From: Octopus vulgaris
Lineage: Eukaryota
Reading direction: 5' to 3'
NCBI GenBank assembly: GCA_951406725.2
Contig: OX597814.1
Span: 139,438,001 to 139,502,000, forward strand
Length of the DNA: 64,000 bases
Positions 50,016 to 62,020 of the stretch are shown here, piece after piece (positions within the stretch are counted from its first letter, which is position 1; each line of letters opens with the position of its first letter). The translations under genes and the position numbers were made by a program. The notes below the pieces were generated by a model. That model was given only the letters and a program-made list of their open reading frames with translations, searched no databases and was not told where the DNA came from.

Positions 50016-53000
50016 GTGAGTAAAGGGTTAACTACTTTTATGATAATCTGCTAGAAGAAATGTTACCACTTGTTATCGTTTGTTATTTTTGTGTTTCAAA
50101 ACCGAGTATTCGTTCTTATTTTTTTTTTATTTATTTATTTATGCTGTTGCACAAAATTCTCGAGAAGAAATCATTTTTCATTTATTTCTTAATTGTTTGC
50201 TGCAGTAGCATAAAATTATATATGAAATAGGGTGACCAAGTGTATCTGTTGTATTATTTTTGCGTTCACACATCACCACCATCAATGTTACAGCTGTTTA
50301 TTATTAGGTCTGTCAGATGAGCAGCTGATAAAAGTATCACATACACACACACACACACACACAAATATATAGCATGTAAATATTTGGTGTTTTCAACCCA
50401 ATACTTACATGCTATTATTTAAAGATTTCTATGTTCTTTCAGAACCTTCTCCAAAAAAGAATTATTCCTCGTTCTCTCAAAAGTTTATAAATTCTGATGA
50501 CCTCAACAGAATTTATGTTGGCATACGCACGCGCACACTAGAGTATCAGTGCAGCGTCTTATGAATCAATAAATATATATAGAATTCATATCAGTGTGTG
50601 TATATATGTATATATATATCACTGTTTGAGTTGCCTAATAGTGGTTTTATCTCTAATTTAATTTATCTATTTTTATGACTTGTATTATTACCTCAGTCAA
50701 TCTAAATATATATATTTGTCGTTACCTGTCATAAATAGCCTTTTTCTATTTGTAATATGCATTTTCGTTGATTTTTCATATTTTACCCTTACATTTCCAC
50801 GTGTATTTTATATTTTCATTTCGTAACATATTTCTACTATATATATATATATATATATATTGGAAGGTTTGGAGATGATGTACAGGTATTATATATTAGA
50901 AAAAATGAGGTAATCAGATCGGATGGTTCATATTTATAGATATTTATTTATGATAGATATATATATGTAAAAAATGTAATATATAAATAAATATCTATAA
51001 ATATGAACCATCCGATCTGATTACCTCATTTTTTCTAATATATATATATATATATATAGTGCTATAGTGCCTTATAGCACTCACCGGTTCAATTTCCAAT
51101 CATTTATTTATTTATTCCGGAGAGCTTTTCCGTCGATGCATTTGCGACCGTATCAATGGATTTTGACTCTGACTAGTAAATAAATAAATTAGTGGAAGTT
51201 GAACCGATCCCCAGACACAACAAAATTTGTTTCAACACACGAATTCACTAAAGGAATCTTGCAAACCAGTAAAAGAAACGAAGTGTGTGTGTGTATATGT
51301 ATATACTATTTAGGAAGAGTGGTCCCGGTGCGCGTACTCGCGCATCCGCGCTAGCTAGTCGTGACTAGTCGATCCTTACTTTGTGTTTTTGAGTTTTTTG
51401 TTTACTTTGTTTTAAAAAATTATTTACTTTGTGTTTTTGTTTTATTTGCTTTGCTAGGTAGTCGTTGTAGGATTGACTAGTCACGACTAGCTAGCGCGAG
51501 TGCGCGCACCGGGACCACTCTTCTTAAATAGTACCATATATATATATATATATAAAATGTCACTATGAAATTAGACTGACTTCACGTATGCCTTTTTGAA
51601 GCTTCAGTTGAAAATCGAACCCATTCGTTTGTTCATTTTTGCTATTACATAACGGTTAGGATTCACTTAGCTCTCCTTCCCTTCCATGGTGAGGCTAAAT
51701 ATGTCTGGATATCAGTTCGTGTATTTACATATTCGTAACCCACACTATATATCGATACTGTAATATTGTATGTTCCTCAACCTTGTAACATTATGCAAAT
51801 GTGTTTGCCGAAGTGCCAGGTGAGGATCTCGAAGGCGCATGTCTGTTCCAACGTGTCAACCTGGAGATCGTTGGCCGTGATACTGCAAGTGTCTTGGGTT
51901 ACTTCCGTCGATGAAACACAAAGATCTAGATAGATAACTTGAACATTTTTCCAATTTGTTAAAGAACAATTATCAATATGAATAACGTTTGTGCCTCTGC
52001 CTATTGTTTACATTTTAATATATGTAGCTTTCTGCTACTATAATCAGTTTGAGAAAGCGAGAGGTGAACGAATCCTGGTGAATAGTTAATTAAGAGTAAA
52101 ACCAGCCGATTTGAACCTCATCCCTATCTGCAGGAAAGACCTTTGTAGATCTAATTTCACAGCGAAACTAAATTTGTATGTTTATCAATACGTATATTTA
52201 TTTATTTATTGATAACGTACACTTTGTTTGTACTTTAGTAAACTATCCTATGACTGTGGCTATGCTTCCTCCATCATCTGCTACCGCTGTTTGATTGTTG
52301 TCACCTACGTTTGTCTTTCTCTCTGTTGATTCCGAGAAAAGTTTCTAGGGTTCCTCGAGATGAGGTGTCGTAATAAAATTCACTAAAAATTTCGGACAGT
52401 ATTTCTGAAACAGTATGTGAAAAATTAAGGTTTTTGTTTTCATACATAACATTTAAACATGTACGTCTTTTAGAACAATGTCATTTTATAAGATTTTGCT
52501 GGTAAATTTTAAATTAACATAAACATTTATTTATATGAAAGAAAATTACCAGAGAACTTTAATCTAATTCTTCCAAATCTTTGTTGATACTTTATCGAAA
52601 CTATTTGGGGGGAATTTTTATTCTTTTTATCACAGCAACTGGACGCATACTCGCAGTATTACCACGGGGGATGGTCCCCTCACGGGCATCACCTGACACT
52701 CCGTTGAGGCGAGCTGCCAACATTGACAAGAACTTTGCGGTCAATGGCCCAGTCCCTCCGAACATCTCAAACGCCACAGGCTGGAAGAGATAGTTTTCTG
52801 TCAGGTCCCGATCACAAATGATTTCAATACAGTTTTAACAGAAAGATCTGGAAGAATTAGATGAAAGTTCTCTGGTAAAACCACATCTCTAAGATTGTCA
52901 AGAAGGCTGAGGGAGTGCTAGCATCACTCAGTAAGACCTATGTCAGCCGCTCTCCAGCTATCTATTTTAACTTGTATTCGACAATGGTACGTCCACACTT

Positions 53001-55301
53001 GGAATTTACAGAGCCAGTCTGGAACCCCTATCTTGCTCAGCATATAAATCTGGAAACTGTTAAAAATGTGCAACAAAACGAATACCCGCCGTCAGACATC
53101 TACCATACTCTGAATGTCTTGCCTCCTTGGGCTTGGATACATTGAAGATCAGACGTCTGGCAACTGATTTGGTAGACACCCACAAGATTATCCACATCTT
53201 TCCAACAACAACCTTGGGCACCTTTCTGAATTCTGTATGACAAACATTTGCAGACATGCTTATAAAATCAAAAAACACAGCACCCATGACTTTCGGAAAC
53301 ATTTTTTCATGCTCAGAATTGCTGAAGCATGGAATAAACTACCCGCATTAGTAGTTAGCTGTCGAGACACTTCATCCTTCAAAACTTCCATGCTTCTTGA
53401 AATCCGCCAACAGTATACCTGATGGCCTTTTTTTTTTTTTTTTTTAAGCTGTAGTGCACCTGAGCACTGTATACAACAATTTCCTTCATTATACATATAA
53501 ATAAATGTTTATGTTAATTTGAAAATTTGCCAGCAAAATCTTATAAAAGATACTGTTTTGAAACTAAAGCAATTACAGCATGGAAGACAATTAAGAGCTA
53601 TTTAGAAACTCACATAAACATTTATTTGCAGAAGCTGGCAGAAATGTTAGCACACCAAGCGAAATATTTAGTGGTATTTAAGCTGACTTTACGTTCTGAG
53701 TTCAAATAACGTTGAGGTTGACTTTGCCTTTCATCCTTTCAAGGTTGATAAATTAAGTACCAGTTGCATACTGGAGTCAATCTAATCGATTGGCCCCCTC
53801 CCCCCAAATTTCAGGCCTATAGTGGGGGAAAAAAACATTTATTTGCAGTGGGACCATGTCTGCAGGCAGATCACAGTTCAGGCGATTAAATTTTTGACAT
53901 CTAATATATGTTAAAATGAAGTTAATTGTCTTTATGCATTTTTAAATGATTAATATGTACTTTAATGAAAATTATTTTATAAAAAAAAATGGTATTCACT
54001 ATTTTTAAAATTACAATTGCATGTATTAAAATATGAATAAATTGCTTCTCTGATTTTTTTTGATTTTTGTTTAATGTCCTATTAAAATGACATTGTAAAA
54101 TATAGCTGATTGTAAAATATAGACACAGGTTTCATCATTTTTTTTAGGTAGTTGCTTAAGGGTTCTGACTTTGGTTACTGAGGCTGTTTACTTAATGAGA
54201 CTTCTGAGCAGTTGAAAAGCTGTATTTCATAGGTGCTTTCACTACTAACTACTGTAATAAATTGCTAAGTAAGCAATAAAACCAATCAGTTCAATCATCA
54301 TCTCAAGCTATTGAAAAGGCTTCCTGAAGTCAAATTTTTACAGTGCCTGTATTTATGTAAATCGCTGCATCATCATCATCATCATCATCGTTTAACGTCC
54401 GTTCTCCATGCTAGCATGGGTTGGACGGTTCGACCGGGGATCTGGGAAGCCAGAAGGCTGCACCAGGCTCCGGTCTTATCTGGTAACGCCAACCACTCCG
54501 TGAGTGTAGTGGGTGCATTGGCCACGGTCGGATTGGTGCATTTTACGTGCCACCTGCACGGAAGCCAGTCGAGGCGGCACTGAACGTCCACTTTCCATGC
54601 TAGCATGGGTTGGATGATTTGACTGAGGGCTGGCCAACCAGATGGTTGCACCAGGCTCCAATCTTGATCTGGCAGAGTTTCTGCAGCTGGATGCCCTTCC
54701 TAACGCCAGCTGTAGAAACTCTGCCAGAATGAAAAAACATAGTCATTTCATTTATAGTGATCAGTAAAAATGGATTGAAATGAGATCTGAGGTTGGTGTG
54801 GTTGACAAAAATCTTTTGAAGGCAGTACCCCAGCATGGTCATGGTCCAATAACAGATATCATACACACACATACATATATGTGGTGGCTTTATAACCAGC
54901 CATAACTGGCAAAATATTTGACTACATAAAATTATATCTATCTATCTATCTTTTTATTCTTTAACTTGTTTCAGTCATTTGACAGCGGCCATGCAGGAGC
55001 ACCGCTTTTAGTCGAAAAAAATCAACCCGAACTGCTAAGTTACTGGGATGTAAACCCACCAACATCAGTTGTCAAGCAATGGTGGTGAGACAAAGACAGA
55101 CACACAAATACACACACACACGATGGGCTTCTTTCAGTTTCTGTCTACCAAATCCACCCACAAGGCTTTGGTCGGCCCAGTGCTATAGTAGAAGACACTT
55201 GCCGAAGGTGGCATGCAGTAGGACTGAACCCAGAACCATGTCGTTGGGAAGCAAGCTGCTTACCATACAGCCACTCCTGCTGTGTCTATCTATCTATCAC
55301 T

Positions 55302-55352
<51 letters not shown>

Positions 55353-55363
55353 ATATATATGTA

Positions 55364-55395
<32 letters not shown>

Positions 55396-57264
55396 CCAGT
55401 GGAGTACTAACAGCTCCATCCAAGCAGGATCACTGCCAGAGTAGCTGTCTGGCTTCTGTGCCAGTGGCATGTAAAAAGCACCATTTCAGCTTGATTGTTA
55501 CCAGCGTTGCCTTACTGGCACTTGTGCCGGTGGGACGTGAACAAAACATTCGAGCGAGGTCATTGCCAGTGTTGCTGGACTGACTCCTGTGCAGGTGGCA
55601 CGTAAAGAAACACTATTTCGAGCATGGCCATAGCCAGTACCGCCAGACTGGCTCTCGTGCAGATGGCATGTAAAAGCACCCACTGCACTCTCAGAGTGGT
55701 TGGCGTTAGGAAGGGCATCCAGCTGTGGAAGCTCTGCCAGATCAGATTGGAGCTTGGTGCAGCCATCTGGTTTGCCAGTCCTCAGTCAAATCGTCCAATC
55801 CATGCTAGCATGGAAAGCGGACATTAAATGATGATGATGATGACGATGCTATATATACACACACACTGTACTTGAGGAGACCTATTGAGTCAAGTACATC
55901 AACATCAAAAAATCAAATGGAAATTGTAGTTGTGATACCTGTGCCGGTGGCACGTAAAATGCACCATCCAAATGTGGCCGATGCCAGTGCTGACTTGACT
56001 GGCTTCCGTGCCAGTGGCACATAAAAAGCACCAACAGATCATGGCCGTTGCCAGCCTCACCTGGCACCTGTGCCAGTGGCACATAAAAAGCACCCACTAC
56101 ACTCATGGAGTGGTTGGGGTTCGGAAGGGCATCCAGCTGTAGAAACACTGGCAGATCAGACTGGAGCCTGGTGCAGCCTCTTGGCTTCCCAGACCCCGGT
56201 CGGACCGTCCAACCCAGGCTAGCATGGAAAACGGACATTAAATGATGATGATGATATATGTATATATATCTATTCTATATGTTTATGTATATGTGTGAGT
56301 GTGTGTGTGTGTATATATATATAATATTGAGGCAGTAATCTGGTATTTCTGCCTTCAAATGAGTGAAACAAGTAAAAGAATAAAAGATAGATAGATATAT
56401 ATATAGATATAATTTTATGTAGTCAAGTATTTTGCCAGTTATGGCTGGTTAGAAAGTTACCATATATATGTATGTGTATGTGTGATATCTGTTATTAGAC
56501 TGTGACCATGCTGGGGAACCACCTTCAAAAGATATATATCTGTTTCTTTATTACCCACAAGGGGCTAAACATAGAGGGGACAAACAAGGACAGACGAACG
56601 GATTAAGTCGATTACATCGACCCCCAGTGCGTAACTGGTACTTATTTAATCAACTCCGAAAGGATGAAAGGCAAAGTCGACCTCGGCGGAATTTGAACTC
56701 AGAACGTAACGGCAGACAAAATACAGCTACACATTTCGCCCGGCGTGCTAACATTTCTGCCAGCTCGCCGCCTTCAAAAGATATATATCATCATCATTAC
56801 TTAACGTCTGTTTCTCATAGTGGCATGGGTTGGAACTGATAAGGCCAAGGGCTGCACCAGGTTCCATTGTCTGTTTTAGCTTGGTTCCTACAGCTGGATG
56901 CCCTTCCTAATACCAACTGCTTGCAAGTGCTTTTTAAATGGCACCAGCACCATTGCTTTTTCGTGGCACCTTGGTTTTAGGATCTCAATTCTGTTGTGGT
57001 GGGGAGCTCTTCTCAAGTACAGCAATGTGCCACATATCTCAATCCTCTGTCATCTTCATGAGGTTCAGTGCTTTGAAATTAGTGTTCTAAACTTCATCCC
57101 TTTATGTTTTTCTTTATCTGACACAGTAATTTACATAAACACAGGCATTGTAAAATTTGACTCTATGAAACCTTTTCTAAAGCATAAGATGATGATTGAA
57201 CTGGTTGGTTTTATTGTATACTTAACAATATATATGTGTCTGTGTGTGTATACACCACACACAT

Positions 57265-57306
<42 letters not shown>

Positions 57307-60300
57307 TTCTATTCGTTGTCCCTTAACTTACCTAACTAGATTTTCCCATATTTTCTCCTTCAGTCTTGTTGGTTGCTCCCGAAGTGCCACCGTGGTAATT
57401 GCTTGGCTCATGCAGAAAAAGCAATTAGATGTCAAAACTGCTTTAAATATGGTCAAAGACTGTAGACCCTGCATCAGGTATGAATTTTAAATATCTTAAT
57501 GTCTGAGATAATTACTTGCAATTAAAGTGTTATGTCACAAACGATGCTGAAGATTGAACCAACTAAAATGTAGTGTAGATATAAATAGGCACAGGCATGA
57601 CCTATGTGTGGTAAGAGGCTTGCTTCCCAACCACATGGTTCTGGGTTCAATCTCACTGCATTGCACCTTGAGCAAGTGTTTTCTAATATGGCTTGGGCTG
57701 ACCAAAGCCTTGTGAGTGGATTTGGTAGACAGAAACTGAAAGAAGCTTGTTATATGTATTTATTTTTGTATGTCTTTGTGTCTGTGTTTGTTCCCCCAAC
57801 ATCGTTTGGTGAGACTACAACCCCTTAACTTAGTTTGTATGGTAAAAGAGACCAATAGAATAAGTACAAGGCTTGCAAAGAATAAATCTTGGGGTTGATT
57901 TCTTCAACTAAAAAATACCCTTTACGGTGGGGCTCCAGCATGGCTGCAGTCAAATGACTGAAATGAATAAACGAATAAAAGAAAAGAATTGAAATGACTA
58001 TGATCGCTAAAGATGAGATAAGTAAGAGATCAGCCACCTATGGTCTTCTGAAGAGCAAAGTGCAGCCTTCTGATGGAAGTTTAATGCTTAATCCTTTAAC
58101 ATTTAAAACAGTCATATCTGACCAAAATATTCTACCTGTCTTATGTTTGTGTGGCTGTGTGGTAAGAAGCTTACTTCCCAACCATATGGTTCTGGGTTCA
58201 GTCCCAATGTGTGGCACCTTAGGCAAGTGTCTTCTACTATAGTCCCAGGGCGACCAAAGCCTTGTGAATGGATTTGGTAGATGGAAACTGAAAGAAGCTC
58301 ATCGTATATATATATATATATGTTTGTGTGTCTGTGTTTGTCTCTCCATTGTTGCTTAACAACCAATGTTGATGTGTTTATGTCCCCCATAACTTAGCAG
58401 TTCACCAAAAGAGTTTGATAAAATAAGTACTAAGCTTCCAAAGAATAAGCCCTAGGGTTGATTTGTTCGACTAAAGGCAGTGCTCCAGCATGACCGCAGT
58501 CAAATGACTAAAACAAATAAAAGAAACTGGCCAGATCTGACCTCTCCCATCTACCCTGTAATGTCATTCAAGAAATAAACAATCACATCCTCGAAATCTC
58601 AAAGCTGCGGGATATTGCATGATCTGTTCCATACAATGTGAGTAAATAAGCATTATATTTCATAGAATAATCTGAGTACTAAAGGGTTAATAGAAGAGGT
58701 ATTAAATTGGGGTATTTGTTTTTTTGTTGTTGATCTAAATCTTATTTAAAATCTCTTTTCATCATCATTGTCATCATTGTTTTAAAAAGTCCACTTATCT
58801 TTGGTGGCATGGGCCAGATGGAATTCATTTGAAGCAGATTTTCTATGTTCAGGGATGAGAGAGCAATGGTGAGAGCTATGTGTAGTGTGAAACTATCGGG
58901 TAAATGGAGAGGTGAGGAATTGATGGAGATGCTGGGATTGGAGGAATTGGTGGAACAGCTGGCAAGGGTGAATAGAGTGCAGTGGTATGGACATGTGTTG
59001 AAGAGGGATGAGGATCATGTTCTGAGGAGAATGCTTGAGTTTAAAATGAATGAACTGAGAAAGCGAGGTCAACCAAAGAAGACATGGAGGGGACAGATGG
59101 AGGAGGAGATTGGGAGGGTTGGCTTGAGGAGGGAGGACACACAAAACCGGGTGAGATGGTGTGAGAGTGGTTGCTGTAAGAGTGAGGTAGATCCAGCCGG
59201 CCCCATTAAAGGGGGCAAACCCGAATTTAAAATATTGGACATCAACCAGATGCCCTTCTTGTTGCCAACCTTCCCCTATTTCCAAGCAAGATAATATTTC
59301 CCCATGGCTAGACATGTTTTTCACAGAATATTGGAAATAAACAACACTGCTTGTATGAAGGTGATACTCATTTACAGCCATCATGTGATGGCAAAACAAC
59401 AATATACACACACACACATATACAAACAAAGAAACAACATTCTTCTTATAGTTTCCACCTACCACTCATTCACAAGGCTTTGGTTAACTTGGGGCTATAG
59501 TAGAAGATACTTGCCATGGTGCTTTGCTGTGGGATTGAACCTGAAACCACACGGCTGTTGACTGCACCAATTCAACTGGCATCTGGTCAAGTTTGCTTAG
59601 ATTTGCCCCGCTTGATTATATCACTCCTCATGACCATGCATAGTATCTGGAAGGTCAGCAGAGCAATGTCCTACTGAACTGATTATTGAAGGATTTTTTT
59701 TTACCTGGGCATCCAAATCAGGTTCAATGCGACTGAACCTGGGTTGACCAAAGCCTTGTTTATGTATATGTATGTATGCACACATATTTGTGTGTGTGTG
59801 TGTGTGTGTGTGTCCTTGGCTAGACATCACATGATGCTTATAAATGATCATCACCATCATACATAGGCGTAGGAGTGGCTGTGTGGTAAGTAGCTTGCTC
59901 ACCATCCACATGGTTCCAGGTTCAGTCCCACTGCGTGGAACCTTGGGCAAGTGTCTTCTACTATAGCCTCAGGCCGACCAAAGCCTTGTGAGTGGGTTTG
60001 GTAGACGGAAACTGAAAGAAGCCCGTCGTATATATGTATATATATATATATGTATGTGTGTATCTGTGTTTGTCTCCCCCAACATTGCTTGACAACTGAT
60101 GCTGGTGTGTTTAGATCCCCGTAACTTAGTGGTTTGGCAAAAGGGACCGATAGAATAAGTACTAGGCTTACAAAGAATAAGTCCTGCGATCAATTTGCTC
60201 GACTAAAGGCGGTGCTCCAGCATGGCCACAGTCAAATGACTGAAACAAGTAAAAGAGTAAAGAGTATACAAGTGACATTGTTGTTTCTAGTCTTCTGTGA

Positions 60301-60605
60301 AAAATATGTCTTGCTAAGGGGAATATTACCTTACTTGGAAATACGGGAGAGTTGACAACAAAAAAGGCATCCATCTGTAAAAAATCTGCTACAATAAATT
60401 ACATCTGACCCATACATGCATGGAAAAGTGGCCATTGAAATAATGATGATGATGATAAATGTATTCTTTCTGTTTTATGCCAGACCTAACACTGGATTCC
60501 AGTTCCAGCTGGAGTTGTTTGCCCGAATGGCTTATGATATTAATGTGAACAACAGTGATTACAAAACATTCAAGTTGAATATGTTTGGCTTGAAACTTGG
60601 TGAAG
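49762..60605 (+). CDS. DUSP12: Dual-specificity phosphatase 12 (YVH1-like) gene, first 3 coding exons; the expected C-terminal Zn-finger exons were not seen in the window
   Basis: IYVGG, ITHVLS, LDMPDENLL, spliced HC|LVGCSRS P-loop, PNTGFQFQLELF..M.Y...YKTFKL as in DUSP12-type proteins. Confidence 0.85.
50890..51044. repeat. Perfect 62-bp inverted repeat with 31-nt spacer
   Basis: 50890-50951 is the exact reverse complement of 50983-51044. Confidence 0.9.
51306..51531. mobile_element. CpG-rich MITE with long TIRs, flanked by TA
   Basis: ctatttaggaagagtggtcccggtgcgcg...gctagctagtcgtgactagtc mirrored at the right end. Confidence 0.85.
52645..52812 (-). mobile_element. CRE-like (restriction-like endonuclease) non-LTR retroelement C-terminal fragment
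   Basis: RDLTENYLFQPVAFEMFGGTGPLTAKFLSMLAARLNGVSGDAREG..RGNTAS. Confidence 0.6.
52879..53493 (+). mobile_element. CR1-clade LINE 3' fragment; a shorter minus-strand copy lies at about 13285-13506
   Basis: LYSTMVRPHLEF..PVWNPY; HFF..RI..AWNKLP..VV....SFK. Confidence 0.85.
55304..55394. repeat. (TA)n/(TG)n microsatellite
   Basis: Direct inspection. Confidence 0.9.
55395..56255 (+). mobile_element. Two tandem SINE family C copies with (GAT)n tails; others at about 8290-8485, 9370-9585, 24030-24570, 38865-39000, 43460-43805, 54370-54720(-), 60975-61170, 61340-61805
   Basis: Repeated gtggcacgtaaaaagcacc units, ttaggaagggcatccagctgtagaa core, ccatgctagcatggaaa..gacgttaaa(gat)n end. Confidence 0.85.
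56541..56773 (-). mobile_element. SINE family B with intact TSD; other copies at about 480-680, 11385-11595, 18125-18252(-), 22295-22510(-), 34575-34780(-), 48365-48580(-), 53630-53825, 62275-62495, 62910-63120(-)
   Basis: gagctggcagaa head, gcctttcatcctttcg core; TSD tcaaaagatatatatc on both sides. Confidence 0.9.
57364..57477 (+). CDS. DUSP12: DUSP12 exon 2 (P-loop)
   Basis: LVGCSRSATVVIAWLMQKKQLDVKTALNMVKDCRPCI; 114 nt. Confidence 0.92.
58845..59240 (+). mobile_element. RTE-clade LINE 3' fragment
   Basis: ERAMVRAMC...WYGHVLKRDEDHVLRR...RGQPKKTW...NRVRW. Confidence 0.85.
59864..60262 (+). mobile_element. SINE family A, full length
   Basis: Closely matches 18277-18640. Confidence 0.9.
60484..60605 (+). 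CDS. DUSP12: DUSP12 exon 3
   Basis: PNTGFQFQLELFARMAYDINVNNSDYKTFKLNMFGLKLGE; 122 nt. Confidence 0.9.
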
Positions 60606-61176
60606 GTAAGAAATCAAAGCAGTTTGTCTTTCTCAATAAATAATTACCATGCAAATATGACTTGTGGGTAAAAGGCTCACTTTGTGACCACATAGTTTTG
60701 GGTTCGGTCCCACTTGGTGGTACCTTGTTCAGATATCTTGTACTATATCCCCTGACCAATCAATGCACTGTGAGTAAATTTGGTTGACAGAAACTGTGTA
60801 GAAGGTCGACTTTGCCTTTCATCCTTTCGGAGTGATTAAATAAGTACCAGTTATGCACTGGGGTCGATATAATCAACTTAATTCGTTTGTCTGTCCTTGT
60901 TTGTCCCCACTGTGTGTAGCACCTTGTGGGCAGTAAAGAAATAAGAAACTGTGTAGAAGCCTGTAGTATATATATGCCATGTAAAAGCACCCATGTGGTG
61001 CCACATTAAAGCACCCAGCACATTCTGTAAAGTGGTTGGCATTAGGAAGGGCATCGAGCTGTAGAACTCATGCCAAATCAGACTGGAGTCTGATGCAGCT
61101 GCCCAGCTTGTCAGCTCTAGTCAAACTGTCCAACCCATACCAGCATGGACAACAGACATTAAATGATGATGGTGAT

Positions 61177-61211
<35 letters not shown>

Positions 61212-61814
61212 GTATCGGGCATGATTGCTTCCTATACATGGTTTCAGGTACTGCGTGGCATATATTTGTGATTGATTCGGCAGGCGGAAGTATACATGTG
61301 CGTGTAGGTGCTTGTGCCTCTCCGAAAGAGAGAGGGGATATAACCAGGTGAAGTCATAGTCGTGGATGATGCCAGTGCTGCCTGACTGGTAACTATGCTG
61401 GTGACACGTAAAAAGCACCATTCAAGTGTGGTCAGTGCCAGTGCTGCTTCACTTGGCACGTAAAGAGCACTGTTCGAGCATGGCTAATGCCAGTGCTGCC
61501 TGACTGGCATCTATGCTTGTGGCATGTAAAAAGCACCATTCAAGCGTAGCCAATGCCAGTGCCACCTGACTGGCACCTATGCTGGTGGCACATAAAAAGC
61601 ACCATTGAAGTGTAGCCAATGCCAGTGCTACATGACTGGCACCTACTACATTCTTGGATTGGTCGGCATTAGGAAGGGCATCCAGCTGTAGAAACTATGC
61701 CAAATCAGATTGGAGCCTGGTGCAGCCTCCTGGTTTGCCAGTTCTTGGTCAAACTGTCCAACCTATACCAGTATGGAAAGTGGACATTAAACGATGATGA
61801 TGATATATATATAT

Positions 61815-62020
61815 ATCTGAGAGTTCCTGGCTTTAAGGGTATCATGAAATGCCTAGTTGGAGGCCCATCCTTCCGAGTTCTTTTATAGGGCTTAGAAAAA
61901 CTGAAGGACCACTGCAATAAGTGTGTGAAAGGGGAATATGTTGAATAAAATCACAATTTTCTGATCCTCCTGTATTTTGTTTTACCCAAAGTCAGGAACT
62001 TTCCAGCACCTCCTCATATA
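61815..62020 (+). mobile_element. Internally deleted mariner remnant
   Basis: Encodes GLEKLKDHCNKCV.GEYVE* (mariner C-terminus); ends gagagttcctggcttt / aaagtcaggaactttc. Confidence 0.7.

Noticed and set aside
50487-50516. 10-bp hairpin overlapping CTGATGA
   Set aside because: No GAAA or helix II; not enough for a ribozyme or snoRNA call
61365-61650. Regularly spaced repeats resembling a CRISPR array
   Set aside because: Eukaryotic SINE sub-repeats; the spacers are similar to each other and there are no cas genes
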